Assembly (NCBI GenBank): GCA_044225175.1 | Contig: JBGAJA010000001.1 | Coordinates: 134,994 to 198,993 of the forward strand | DNA length: 64,000 nucleotides | Source of the DNA: Candidatus Omnitrophota bacterium | Lineage (GTDB): Bacteria > Omnitrophota > Gorgyraeia > Zapsychrales > Fredricksoniimonadaceae | Direction of reading: 5' to 3' | Shown: in pieces, positions 48,214 through 56,883 of the stretch | Position numbering within the stretch: the first letter of the stretch is position 1 | How the letters are laid out: the number at the start of each line of letters is the position of its first letter | Translations under genes and position numbers: made by a program | Notes under the pieces: generated by a model | What the model was told of the DNA's origin: nothing | What the model saw: the letters and a program-made list of their open reading frames with translations, nothing else | Database searches by the model: none

Positions 48214-49130
48214 TTCTTCAATTTATAAAGATTTTTGCAACAAGAACAATTTTTATGTATTTAGTATGTGCATTGATTGTTTGGCGAATTTTAGATTATC
48301 CTGTTTTTAAGAAGAATGCTGTAGAACAAAGCATGAATCGTTTGCCTCCTTTAGTGAATTATTTTAAAGATTTTGTTCAGAACAAAGGTCCTTATGATTC
48401 TTTTTTGTTGAGCCGGTGCATTGTTTATCATCAAAAGGTGGTTGATTTTTTTCCTTTCGAAAGAGCTGAAGCTTATTCTATCTTGGGTTATCTTTATGAT
48501 CTTAGCGGAGATTCTCAAAAGGCAATTAAGGCCTACAAGGCTTGCTTGGACTTGAATCCGAATTACTTCTGGCCTTGGTATAATTTAGGAATCGGGGCAT
48601 TTAAAAAAGGCAATTATTCTAAAGCAGTTGAATATTTTCAAACTGCACTCGAGAGAAATGTTAACATTAATATGCTTCTTTTGATACGAGCCAAAGTCTA
48701 CTCTGATATCCGATTAACGGACGCAAATTTTACAAACTATGATTTTGAACAGGCTATTGATGAAGGGCGGGAAAATTCCTACATTTTTTTGATGGAGAGT
48801 TTATTTAAGCTAGGACAATATCCCAAGATTTTTAATGTAGCCATGCTTGGTTTAAAAGAAGAACATGTTTCACATCCAGACATCTTTTATTTTTACGCGG
48901 GGAAAGCTGCATATCATCAGAAAATGTATGGTGAAGCTTTCTCAGTGTTGGAACTAGCCCTTAAGAATAATCCGGTAAATTCTGATGCAATATATTATGC
49001 AGCCTTGACTTTGGATAATATGGGAAGAAAAAGTGAGGCTGCAGAATATTATAAAAAAGCACAAGACCTGCAAGCATTGGGTGGGTCTATCATTGATCAA
49101 CATTTAAAAGCTGGGGTCAGATTTTATTAA
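48210..49130 (+). CDS. TPR-repeat protein with N-terminal membrane anchor
   Basis: TPR-like repeats (AIKAYKACLDLNPNYFWPWYNLGIGAFKKGNYSKAVEYFQTAL). Confidence 0.6.
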   Translation: MILQFIKIFATRTIFMYLVCALIVWRILDYPVFKKNAVEQSMNRLPPLVNYFKDFVQNKGPYDSFLLSRCIVYHQKVVDFFPFERAEAYSILGYLYDLSGDSQKAIKAYKACLDLNPNYFWPWYNLGIGAFKKGNYSKAVEYFQTALERNVNINMLLLIRAKVYSDIRLTDANFTNYDFEQAIDEGRENSYIFLMESLFKLGQYPKIFNVAMLGLKEEHVSHPDIFYFYAGKAAYHQKMYGEAFSVLELALKNNPVNSDAIYYAALTLDNMGRKSEAAEYYKKAQDLQALGGSIIDQHLKAGVRFY

Positions 49131-49131
49131 T

Positions 49132-49827
49132 ATGAAATATCAAGATGTAGTTGATGAATTTAAGAAAAGGTCTAGTGATAAAAAAGCAGTTCTTTCACAA
49201 AGATTCTTTAAAACCGCTTCAGGAGAATATGGTTATGGGGATGTCTTTTGGGGAATCTCTGTTCCTCAAAATAGATTGATTTCTAAGAAGTTCAAAGATC
49301 TGCCCTTGAAAGATATTGTTAAATTAGTAGAACATGATGTGCATGAAATTAGGCTTTGCGGTTTATTAATTCTTATTGATCAATACAAAAGCCAGCCTAA
49401 ACAGGTTTTTCAGACCTATATTGCTAATAAGAAAAGGATCAATAATTGGGATTTGGTTGATTTAAGTGCTGATAAAATTGTGGGCGCTTATTTGGAGAAT
49501 AACTCTAAAAAAATTCTCTATGATCTTGCGCAATCGAAAAGTCTCTGGGATCGCAGGATAGCTATTGTTTCTACTTTTTATTACATCAAAAGAGGTTGTT
49601 CCAAAGAAACATTTAAAATAGCAGATATATTATTAAATGATAAAGAAGATTTGATTCATAAGGCTGTAGGATGGATGTTAAGAGAAGTGGGAAAACGCTG
49701 CAGTACAGAAGAGCTAGAGATTTATTTGAGAGAACGTTATAAGAAAATGCCGCGTACAATGCTACGTTATGCTATTGAACGTTTTTCTATGAATATGAGA
49801 AAGAAGTATCTTGCAGGTCAAATTTAA
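49132..49827 (+). CDS. DNA alkylation repair enzyme family (AlkD/AlkC-like HEAT-repeat glycosylase)
   Basis: Pattern FFKT..GEYGYGDVFWGISVP, NNWDLVDLSA and WMLREVGK resembles PF08713. Confidence 0.6.
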   Translation: MKYQDVVDEFKKRSSDKKAVLSQRFFKTASGEYGYGDVFWGISVPQNRLISKKFKDLPLKDIVKLVEHDVHEIRLCGLLILIDQYKSQPKQVFQTYIANKKRINNWDLVDLSADKIVGAYLENNSKKILYDLAQSKSLWDRRIAIVSTFYYIKRGCSKETFKIADILLNDKEDLIHKAVGWMLREVGKRCSTEELEIYLRERYKKMPRTMLRYAIERFSMNMRKKYLAGQI

Positions 49828-49838
49828 GGAGTTTTACG

Positions 49839-50096
49839 ATGAATTGGGATAGAACGACAAAAGAAAATTTTGATAAAATGATAGAAAAGGTGCCTGTTTT
49901 TATGCGGTCTTTGGCTCAAGAAACAGTTTCTAAGAAGATAGAAAGTCTTGCTCAGAAACTAGGTAATAGTGAAGTGACTGAGAAGGATATGGTGGATGGT
50001 TTCTTTTTGGCGACACCTTTTGGGTTTCATGGGCCAATGAAAGAAGATTTGGAATCTTTAGGGGTTGATTATACAAAATATGGATATGATCAATGA
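49839..50096 (+). CDS. small PCP_red-like domain protein
   Basis: KVPVFMRSLAQETVSKKIESLAQKLG resembles the PF08369 (PCP reductase-like) helical domain found standalone in bacteria. Confidence 0.4.
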   Translation: MNWDRTTKENFDKMIEKVPVFMRSLAQETVSKKIESLAQKLGNSEVTEKDMVDGFFLATPFGFHGPMKEDLESLGVDYTKYGYDQ

Positions 50097-50176
50097 TTGA
50101 AGTTATAAATATTTGCAAGAAAGGGTTTAAAAGGTTATATTAAAAACTCTTTATAGGAATATGGAATTGATTTCTT

Positions 50177-51097
50177 ATGTTAAAAAAATATATTTTAAAT
50201 AACGGTCGTTTAAAAGAAACGATTGAGAGCAAAGCTGATATCTTTGTTTATATTGATCCCGATGATAAAGAAAAAGCTAGCTTAGTCTCATTTCTTTTGG
50301 TTGATGAGCATACGTTAAATTCCTCTTTGGATCCGGATGAATTGGGCCGTGTGGAATTTGAAGCAGAGCACGTGGCAGCCATTGTTAAGCGTCCTAAGAA
50401 ATATTGTCAGAATGATAATTTTGTTTTCAAAATTTCCTCCACAGGGCTTTTTTTATTTTCAGATAAGTTGGTGGTGGTTCTCAGTGAGGAAGATATTAAT
50501 TGGGATGCCAGGGTATTCGGTAGATTAAACTCGATTAAAGACATCTTCCTGAGAATTATTTATCATTACGTAATCCATTTTGAAGAACATCTTAAGGTTA
50601 TTCGTAAGATATCCGAAGAACTAGAAGGAGAGATTAATCAAGCTGTAACTAATAAAGATCTCCTGCACATGTTTAAATTAACTAAGGGCCTTGTTTATTA
50701 TTTGGATGCTATCAACTCTAATAGTAAAGTGATTGAAAGGCTTAAAATTCATTCTCCTAAGATTTCATTTGATCAAACGATGAATGATTTTCTGGACGAT
50801 CTTATTATTGAAAGTTCTCAATGTTATCAACAAGCTGATTCCTACATGGACGTTTTGTCAGGAATGACAGATGCTTTAGCATCAATCATTAATAATAATC
50901 TTAATATTCGCCTTAAACGTCTTACAGTTGTCTCCATTTGTATTATGACTCCCACCTTTGTCGTAAGTCTATTTTCTATGAATGTTCCTTTACCTTTACC
51001 CCAGACAGGGACATTATTTTCGTTTTGGGTGGTTATGAGTATGTCTGCTGTTTCTGTGATTGCATTATTAATTGTGGGTCAGTTTAAAAAACTATGA
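50177..51097 (+). CDS. CorA-superfamily divalent cation transporter
   Basis: 306 aa, two C-terminal TM helices flanking a (G/S)MN loop (FSMNVPLP), large N-terminal cytoplasmic domain. Confidence 0.55.
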   Translation: MLKKYILNNGRLKETIESKADIFVYIDPDDKEKASLVSFLLVDEHTLNSSLDPDELGRVEFEAEHVAAIVKRPKKYCQNDNFVFKISSTGLFLFSDKLVVVLSEEDINWDARVFGRLNSIKDIFLRIIYHYVIHFEEHLKVIRKISEELEGEINQAVTNKDLLHMFKLTKGLVYYLDAINSNSKVIERLKIHSPKISFDQTMNDFLDDLIIESSQCYQQADSYMDVLSGMTDALASIINNNLNIRLKRLTVVSICIMTPTFVVSLFSMNVPLPLPQTGTLFSFWVVMSMSAVSVIALLIVGQFKKL

Positions 51098-51408
51098 TTA
51101 GAATTGCCGCAGTCTATCCTCGCGAACAAGGAAAAAAGTTTGATGCAGAGTATTATGTGCATACTCATTTGCCTTTAGTTCAAAAGAAATTTTCTCCTTA
51201 TGGCTTAACTAAAATTGAAGTTGATCGAGGGTTAGAAACACCAGGTAGAGGAGAATCTCCATTTTTTGCAATTGGATACCTGTACTTTAAAGATTTAGAT
51301 GGTTTTAGACAGGCTTATGCCGCCGTAGGAGCGGGGGTCATCGCAGATATCTCCAAATATACGGATGTTAAGCCTATGATTCAAGTTGGAGAAATAATAG
51401 AGTGTTAA
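51094..51408 (+). CDS. EthD-family protein (ferredoxin-like fold)
   Basis: 104 aa. The AAVYPREQG..FDAEYYVHTHLPLV..YTDVKPMIQVGE pattern is typical of EthD domain proteins. Confidence 0.65.
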   Translation: MIRIAAVYPREQGKKFDAEYYVHTHLPLVQKKFSPYGLTKIEVDRGLETPGRGESPFFAIGYLYFKDLDGFRQAYAAVGAGVIADISKYTDVKPMIQVGEIIEC

Positions 51409-51409
51409 T

Positions 51410-52633
51410 GTGAAGAAACAATCCTTCCTTCAAGCTTACAATTCCTCAATCATTTTAATTATTGCTATTGTTATTGGGTCTATCCTTGGTTTTATGTTAA
51501 AAGAACAGGCGGTTATTCTTAAACCGTTGGGTGATGTTTTTTTGAATCTACTTTTTACTGTTGTTGTTCCTCTAGTTTTTTTTTCTATTTCTTCTTCTGT
51601 AGCTCAAATGACAGATATCAAGCGTTTAGGTAAGATCGTATCCGCCATGCTTGTAGTATTTCTTGTTACGGGAATAGGCGCTTCTATTCTTATGATTATA
51701 GGTGTTAAATTTTATCCTCCAACCTTAGGAAGCCAATTCGCCTTTAACCATCCTATGAATGCAGAGCATGCTGATATTGCCTCCCAGATTGTGCGAACAT
51801 TAACAGTTTCAGATTTTATGGACTTGTTCTCCAAGAAGAACATGTTGGCTTTGATTATTTTTTCATTTCTCATAGGATTAGCAACTTCGGCTGTAGGTGA
51901 CAGGGGAAGATATTTCGCGCAATTTTTAGTTGCAGGAAATGAAGTAATGACGAAAGTCATAGGATATGTGATGCTGTATGCACCGATCGGTCTTGGAGCT
52001 TATTTTGCATACTTAGTCGGGACACTAGGGGCACAATTATTTGGTTCATATTTTCGTGCGATGGCGCTTTATTATCCATTAGCGCTTATATATTTTGCTG
52101 TGGGATCAACTTTTTATGTATGGCTTGCTGGAGGCAGGCAAGCTATCGATGTGTTTTGGAAGAATATTATTCCGCCAGCATTGACAGCCTGGGGAACGGG
52201 AAGTGGCCTGGCGACGCTGCCGATCAATCTTGAGGCTGCTAGAAAAATAGGGATCCCTGATGATGTGAGGCAGGTTGTTGTTAATATGGGGGCCTCTATA
52301 CATAGCGATGGTTCATGTTTAGCAGCGGTTATGAAGATCGCTTTGTTGTTTGGCATTTTTGGTGTTCCTTTTACAGGTATTGAGACATATGTATCTGTTA
52401 TTGCAGTAGCTCTATTATGTGGCACAGTGATCAGTGGTATTCCTTCAGGAGGCATGTTAGGGGAGCTTCTCATTATTACTATGTTTGGATTTCCAATTGA
52501 AGCTATGCCTATTATTACCATGCTAGGAACATTAGTTGATCCGCCAGCAACTATGATCAATGTTGTTGGTGATAATGTGGGTGGTATGTTAGTTTCAAGG
52601 ATGATTAATGGTAAACGCTGGATGGAAAAGTAG
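51410..52633 (+). CDS. dicarboxylate/amino acid:cation symporter family (DAACS/SLC1-like) transporter
   Basis: 407 aa polytopic protein with re-entrant loop-like NMGASIHSDGS and C-terminal conserved region. Confidence 0.5.
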   Translation: MKKQSFLQAYNSSIILIIAIVIGSILGFMLKEQAVILKPLGDVFLNLLFTVVVPLVFFSISSSVAQMTDIKRLGKIVSAMLVVFLVTGIGASILMIIGVKFYPPTLGSQFAFNHPMNAEHADIASQIVRTLTVSDFMDLFSKKNMLALIIFSFLIGLATSAVGDRGRYFAQFLVAGNEVMTKVIGYVMLYAPIGLGAYFAYLVGTLGAQLFGSYFRAMALYYPLALIYFAVGSTFYVWLAGGRQAIDVFWKNIIPPALTAWGTGSGLATLPINLEAARKIGIPDDVRQVVVNMGASIHSDGSCLAAVMKIALLFGIFGVPFTGIETYVSVIAVALLCGTVISGIPSGGMLGELLIITMFGFPIEAMPIITMLGTLVDPPATMINVVGDNVGGMLVSRMINGKRWMEK

Positions 52634-52654
52634 TATAAAAAGATTGGGATTATC

Positions 52655-53440
52655 ATGAATCCAATAATCCTGTTAATTATATTTTTTTTTAGTCCTTTTG
52701 CTTGGGGGCAAGAGATTGTCTCTTCATCTTCGTCCAATCCTACGCAAATCCTCTTTAAAGAAGCTCTTTCTGCTAAAGAAAAAGGATATTTTCTTAAAGC
52801 CCGTTGGGATTTAGAGAAAATTCTAAAAAATTCTCCTGATTTTTCTCAAATTAATGAAGTCCACGATCAATGGGCCCGTGTGATGTGGAAAATAATCCAT
52901 TTAAATATTTCAACACCTGAGACTGATATCTACGAGGTCAAGAATGGCGACACCATTAGGAAAATTGCTAAGAAATTTGGAACAACGGTTGAGCTTATTA
53001 AAAAGAGAAACCGTCTCAAGGACAATAAGATTAGGGTACATCAAGAACTATCACTTTGGGTTACTCCTTTGATCATCCATGTTAATAAAAAAACAAATCA
53101 GCTTAGAGTCGTTTTGAAAGGCAAAACTATTAAAACTTTCCCCGTTTCTACGGGAAAATCTGAGACCACAACACCATTAGGACAATTTGTGATTCAAGAG
53201 CGTTATCCAAATCCTGTTTGGTTTCATCATGGAGAAATTGTTCCAGCCGGCAGTCCAGATAATTTTCTAGGAACACGGTGGTTAGGTTTCAATATTCCTA
53301 AATATGGAATTCATGGGACCATTTATCCCGAATTAATTGGTCAGTCAGTATCCGGTGGTTGTATAAGAATGAAAAATGCAGATGTGGAAGAACTGTACGA
53401 TGTGATTCCTGTGGGGACGAAGGTTATTATAGAGGACTAA
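52655..53440 (+). CDS. LysM-domain L,D-transpeptidase (YkuD fold)
   Basis: Signal peptide, LysM (NGDTIRKIAKKFGTTVELIKKRN), catalytic HGT...SGGCIRM motif. Confidence 0.75.
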   Translation: MNPIILLIIFFFSPFAWGQEIVSSSSSNPTQILFKEALSAKEKGYFLKARWDLEKILKNSPDFSQINEVHDQWARVMWKIIHLNISTPETDIYEVKNGDTIRKIAKKFGTTVELIKKRNRLKDNKIRVHQELSLWVTPLIIHVNKKTNQLRVVLKGKTIKTFPVSTGKSETTTPLGQFVIQERYPNPVWFHHGEIVPAGSPDNFLGTRWLGFNIPKYGIHGTIYPELIGQSVSGGCIRMKNADVEELYDVIPVGTKVIIED

Positions 53441-53442
53441 TA

Positions 53443-54030
53443 GTGAAGAAGAAAGAAGCGCAACTTAAAACGTTAAGAGCATTAATGGAAAAGGCGGAAT
53501 TGCCTTTAAAGAAGACGGCGCATACTCTCGTCTTTGGTGAAGGAAGTCCTGATGCAAAAATATTTTTTATTGGAGAAGCTCCAGGTAAGAATGAAGACCT
53601 TAAAGGACTACCTTTTATTGGCAGTGCAGGAAAGATTTTAGATCAACTTCTTTGCTCAATTAATTTAAATAGAGCAGATATATTTATCAGTAGTATTTTA
53701 AAATATCGTCCTCCTCATAATCGCAACCCTAGCTTGTCAGAAATCGTAGCGCATACTCCGTACTTGATTGATCAAATAAGAATTATTCGACCTCATGTAA
53801 TTGTGCCTCTTGGAAATTTTGCGACACGGTTTGTTTTAAGTGGTTTTGATGTCAAAAAGATGTCTGCAATTCCAGGGATTTCTGCCTTACATGGTAAGGT
53901 CGAGCAAATAAATTTTGAAAACATGAGTTTTTCAGTTATGGCTTTGTATCATCCCGCAGCTGTCCTCTATAACTCGTCTTTGCGTAAGGTTCTACAAAAG
54001 GACTTTCAGCTAATTAAAAAAGTAATTTAA
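53443..54030 (+). CDS. uracil-DNA glycosylase superfamily protein (family 4-like)
   Basis: VFGEGSPDAKIFFIGEAPG (GE[AG]PG motif), PFIGSAGKIL, YHPAAVLYN. Track ORF starts at 53359, overlapping the L,D-transpeptidase gene by 82 nt. GTG at 53443 or ATG near 53482 is more likely. Confidence 0.6.
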   Translation: MKKKEAQLKTLRALMEKAELPLKKTAHTLVFGEGSPDAKIFFIGEAPGKNEDLKGLPFIGSAGKILDQLLCSINLNRADIFISSILKYRPPHNRNPSLSEIVAHTPYLIDQIRIIRPHVIVPLGNFATRFVLSGFDVKKMSAIPGISALHGKVEQINFENMSFSVMALYHPAAVLYNSSLRKVLQKDFQLIKKVI

Positions 54031-54250
54031 TTCTATATTCATCTTCTGTTTATTTTTCAATGATTAATCTGGATTTAACGGGAGGTTAATCTATGAGAAT
54101 ACATTACCTCAGGTTGTATTTAATGGGTATGAATGGTTAGGGGAGACAAAGTGGTATTTCGTTATTAATTGCTCCTGACAGTAAATGGTAGTTGTGTTAT
54201 ACTTTTTCTTTTGCTTGTCTGTTAGATGATGATATTGAAAGGAAAGTTGT

Positions 54251-54769
54251 ATGAATATGTTTGTGGCAATTATTCCGTTGTTTTTGTTGGTTTTTCTTGT
54301 TGCTGGAGTTGTGGATGTTAAAAGAATTCGTAAAGAAGCTGATATAAAGACTACTAATGTTGATATCGTAGCTAGGAATATCTCGGATCTTCAGATTCTT
54401 GATATAGAAAATAATAAAGACGTCGGAAGATGGAGCAAGGCTGGTTTCGAAAGAATGATTGAAAGAAAGCAAAAGATCTATCAACTCCTTAAAGCAACTA
54501 CGATGACAAATGAGGAAATTGAGCAAAAAGTTAAAATTATTGATGGGAGCATCATAAAAGATTTAGAATTTCAATTTGATCTTGAACTACAAGATCCTTC
54601 TTTTCTTCCTTCCACTCTTGAGGAGGAAAGAAAGGAAGTTGTTAATACAATTCATCAACTATTAAAAGATTCTATGATTGTTAAACTTAAAGATTACCTC
54701 GCCTCTAAGGATCTGTATCATTCTAGCCTGAAGGAAATTATCAATGCTATTCAATTACTTAAATCATAG
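54251..54769 (+). CDS. hypothetical membrane-anchored protein
   Basis: N-terminal TM helix, charged coiled-coil-like remainder. The antisense ORF 54197-54526 is considered spurious. Confidence 0.35.
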   Translation: MNMFVAIIPLFLLVFLVAGVVDVKRIRKEADIKTTNVDIVARNISDLQILDIENNKDVGRWSKAGFERMIERKQKIYQLLKATTMTNEEIEQKVKIIDGSIIKDLEFQFDLELQDPSFLPSTLEEERKEVVNTIHQLLKDSMIVKLKDYLASKDLYHSSLKEIINAIQLLKS

Positions 54770-54790
54770 TCATTTCATTAAGGGAATAAT

Positions 54791-55171
54791 ATGACCAATC
54801 AGAAGAATGTTTTAGGTGGATTGCTTCAATCTTGCTGTAAGTTTCCCATGACAGGATTTTATCGGGATGGATATTGTCATACCGGTGTGGAAGATATTGG
54901 TCGACATGTTGTTTGTATCAGAGTTACGCTTGAGTTTTTGGAATTTTCTAAAAATGCTGGTAATGATCTTTCAACCCCAATGCCACAGGCAGACTTTCCA
55001 GGACTTATTGAGGGAGACCAATGGTGCTTATGTGCTTTGCGCTGGCAAGAAGCTTTTGAAGTTGGGGCTGCTCCTAAGGTAGTACTAGAGTCTACTCATG
55101 AATCTGCCCTAGAGGTTTTAAAGCTTGAAGATTTGAAAAAACATGCGTTTCAAGAGAACTTGCAGTTTTAA
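54791..55171 (+). CDS. DUF2237-family protein
   Basis: LGGLLQSCC...TGFYRDGYCHTG...GNDLSTPMP...GDQWCLCALRW conserved pattern. Confidence 0.55.
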   Translation: MTNQKNVLGGLLQSCCKFPMTGFYRDGYCHTGVEDIGRHVVCIRVTLEFLEFSKNAGNDLSTPMPQADFPGLIEGDQWCLCALRWQEAFEVGAAPKVVLESTHESALEVLKLEDLKKHAFQENLQF

Positions 55172-55194
55172 GCGAATCTAAGAAAGGAAATGAG

Positions 55195-55842
55195 ATGGGA
55201 AAAATTATTTTTAATGTAGTTTTAGTGTGTTCTTTTTTAGTAATGGGAACTATAAGTTTTAGCGCAAATGTCAAGATGACTAAAGAAGACTTTGAAAAAA
55301 TGAAAACAAATATGCCGGCAATGTCGGAAGAGCAAAAAGTTATGCAGGCGAGAATGATGGATTATACAACTCCTAATAGCAATCATGAGGTGCTTAAATC
55401 TTGGGTTGGATCATGGAAAGCGGAAGTGAAGTTTTGGATGGACCCTAAAGCCCCTGCAGAAGTCTCGCAAGGAACAAGTGAGAACAAATTGGTTATGGGA
55501 GGGCGTTTTTTGGAAGAGACATATAATGGAAGCATGATGGGAAAAGCATTTGAAGGTCGTGGTCTAATCGGATATGACAATTTACGTAAGCAATACACTA
55601 GTCTATGGTTTGATAATATGGCAACGGGTATCATGATAAGTTCTGCTAAATATGATCCTACAGCTAAAAAATTGACGGAAGAAGGCAGTATGTCCTGTCC
55701 TATTACTCAGGAAGCCCATCGCTGGTATAAGGCTGTGACGACATGGGTTGATGCAGATCACTATACGTATGAATCTTTTATGAAGGATAAAGATGGTAAA
55801 GAATTTAGGGGAATGATGATTAATTATTCTCGTTCTAAGTAA
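55195..55842 (+). CDS. secreted DUF1579-like protein
   Basis: Signal peptide. LKSWVGSWKAEVKFW...GYDNLRKQYTSLWFDNMATG pattern. Confidence 0.45.
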   Translation: MGKIIFNVVLVCSFLVMGTISFSANVKMTKEDFEKMKTNMPAMSEEQKVMQARMMDYTTPNSNHEVLKSWVGSWKAEVKFWMDPKAPAEVSQGTSENKLVMGGRFLEETYNGSMMGKAFEGRGLIGYDNLRKQYTSLWFDNMATGIMISSAKYDPTAKKLTEEGSMSCPITQEAHRWYKAVTTWVDADHYTYESFMKDKDGKEFRGMMINYSRSK

Positions 55843-55852
55843 TAAACTTGCT

Positions 55853-55888
55853 GACGGACACCTCTTAATGAGGGTGTCCGTTATTTTT
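55853..55888 (+). terminator. Rho-independent terminator
   Basis: GC-rich hairpin ACGGACACC...GGTGTCCGT followed by TATTTTTT, directly after the stop at 55842. Confidence 0.6.
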
Positions 55889-55908
55889 TCTAAGGAGATT
55901 CTAATTAT

Positions 55909-56439
55909 ATGTTAAAGATTATTTTTATTTGTGTGCTTGTTATTATTATGGGTTTAGTTGTTATTGTTAATATGCAGCCCAATGAATTTAAAGTCACTCG
56001 ATCACTAGCTATATCAGCACCTCCCTCTGCAATTTTTGTGCATGTCAATAATCTGCATAATTGGAATGGTTGGTCTCCTTGGTCCAAGATGGATCCCAAT
56101 TCTAAAGCAATTTATCAAGGTCCTGTAGAAGGGGTTGGAGCTGGTTTCAAATGGGAGGGTAACGATAAGGTTGGTGTTGGAATTATGACAATTACAGAGA
56201 GTCGCCCTAATGAGTATGTGGAGTTTCATCTGGAATTTATTAAGCCTTTTACAGCTACAAATATTGCTGAGTTCACATTTAAGCCTCAAGGTAGTGAAAC
56301 TATTGTAACCTGGAGTATGTCAGGACAAAATAATTTTATAGGTAAGGCCATGGGACTTATTATGAATTGTGACAAGTTAGTTGGTGACCAATTTGAAAAA
56401 GGTCTGACAGATTTGAAATCGGTAGTTGAAAATAAATAA
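55909..56439 (+). CDS. SRPBCC-superfamily protein (membrane-anchored)
   Basis: N-terminal TM helix, then START/Bet v1-like length and pattern. Confidence 0.5.
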   Translation: MLKIIFICVLVIIMGLVVIVNMQPNEFKVTRSLAISAPPSAIFVHVNNLHNWNGWSPWSKMDPNSKAIYQGPVEGVGAGFKWEGNDKVGVGIMTITESRPNEYVEFHLEFIKPFTATNIAEFTFKPQGSETIVTWSMSGQNNFIGKAMGLIMNCDKLVGDQFEKGLTDLKSVVENK

Positions 56440-56499
56440 GAAGTGTCAAAGGTTCGGTTGAAATAGCCTGAATTTACAAAAGCCAAAGGATGATAAATA

Positions 56500-56859
56500 A
56501 TGAATGTTGCGGTCATAGGAGCTTCAGATAAACCTGATCGTTTTTCATACAAAGCTTTCAAACTCCTTCAAGAAAAAGGCCATCAGGTCTATCCTGTGCA
56601 TCAGAGGATCAAAACAGTGGAAGGAACTCCTGTTTTTGCTTCAATTAAGGATATTCCACAAGACATTGATACGGTGACACTATATGTCGCAGCTGATATC
56701 TCTAATCAATTAACAAACGACATCCTTGAGTGTGTTCCTCAACGAATTATTTTTAATCCAGGCGCCGAAAATCCCCAACTTGCCGCAAAAGCCCAGGCCA
56801 AAGGAATCCACACTGTTGAAGATTGCACATTGGTTATGTTACGTACAGGTCAATTCTAA
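56500..56859 (+). CDS. CoA-binding domain protein (YccU-like)
   Basis: VAVIGASDKPDRFSYKAFKLLQEKGHQVYPV Rossmann-like CoA-binding motif. 119 aa. Confidence 0.65.
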   Translation: MNVAVIGASDKPDRFSYKAFKLLQEKGHQVYPVHQRIKTVEGTPVFASIKDIPQDIDTVTLYVAADISNQLTNDILECVPQRIIFNPGAENPQLAAKAQAKGIHTVEDCTLVMLRTGQF

Positions 56860-56883
56860 ATAAAATAGATCTTACATATAGAA

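Noticed and set aside
52114-52737. 207 aa minus-strand ORF antisense to the DAACS transporter gene
   Set aside because: Low-complexity (Ile/Pro/Thr runs) mirror image of a TM-rich gene. No independent support.
53359-53440. Cys-x-Cys...Cys-x2-Cys segment at the track start of the UDG-like ORF as an Fe-S cluster motif
   Set aside because: Spacing to the VFGEG motif (about 40 aa) is unlike family 4 UDGs (about 12 aa), and the segment lies inside the L,D-transpeptidase gene. Treated as an over-extended start.
54197-54526. 109 aa minus-strand ORF
   Set aside because: Overlaps the promoter and 5-prime part of the + strand gene 54251-54769. Low-complexity; judged spurious.
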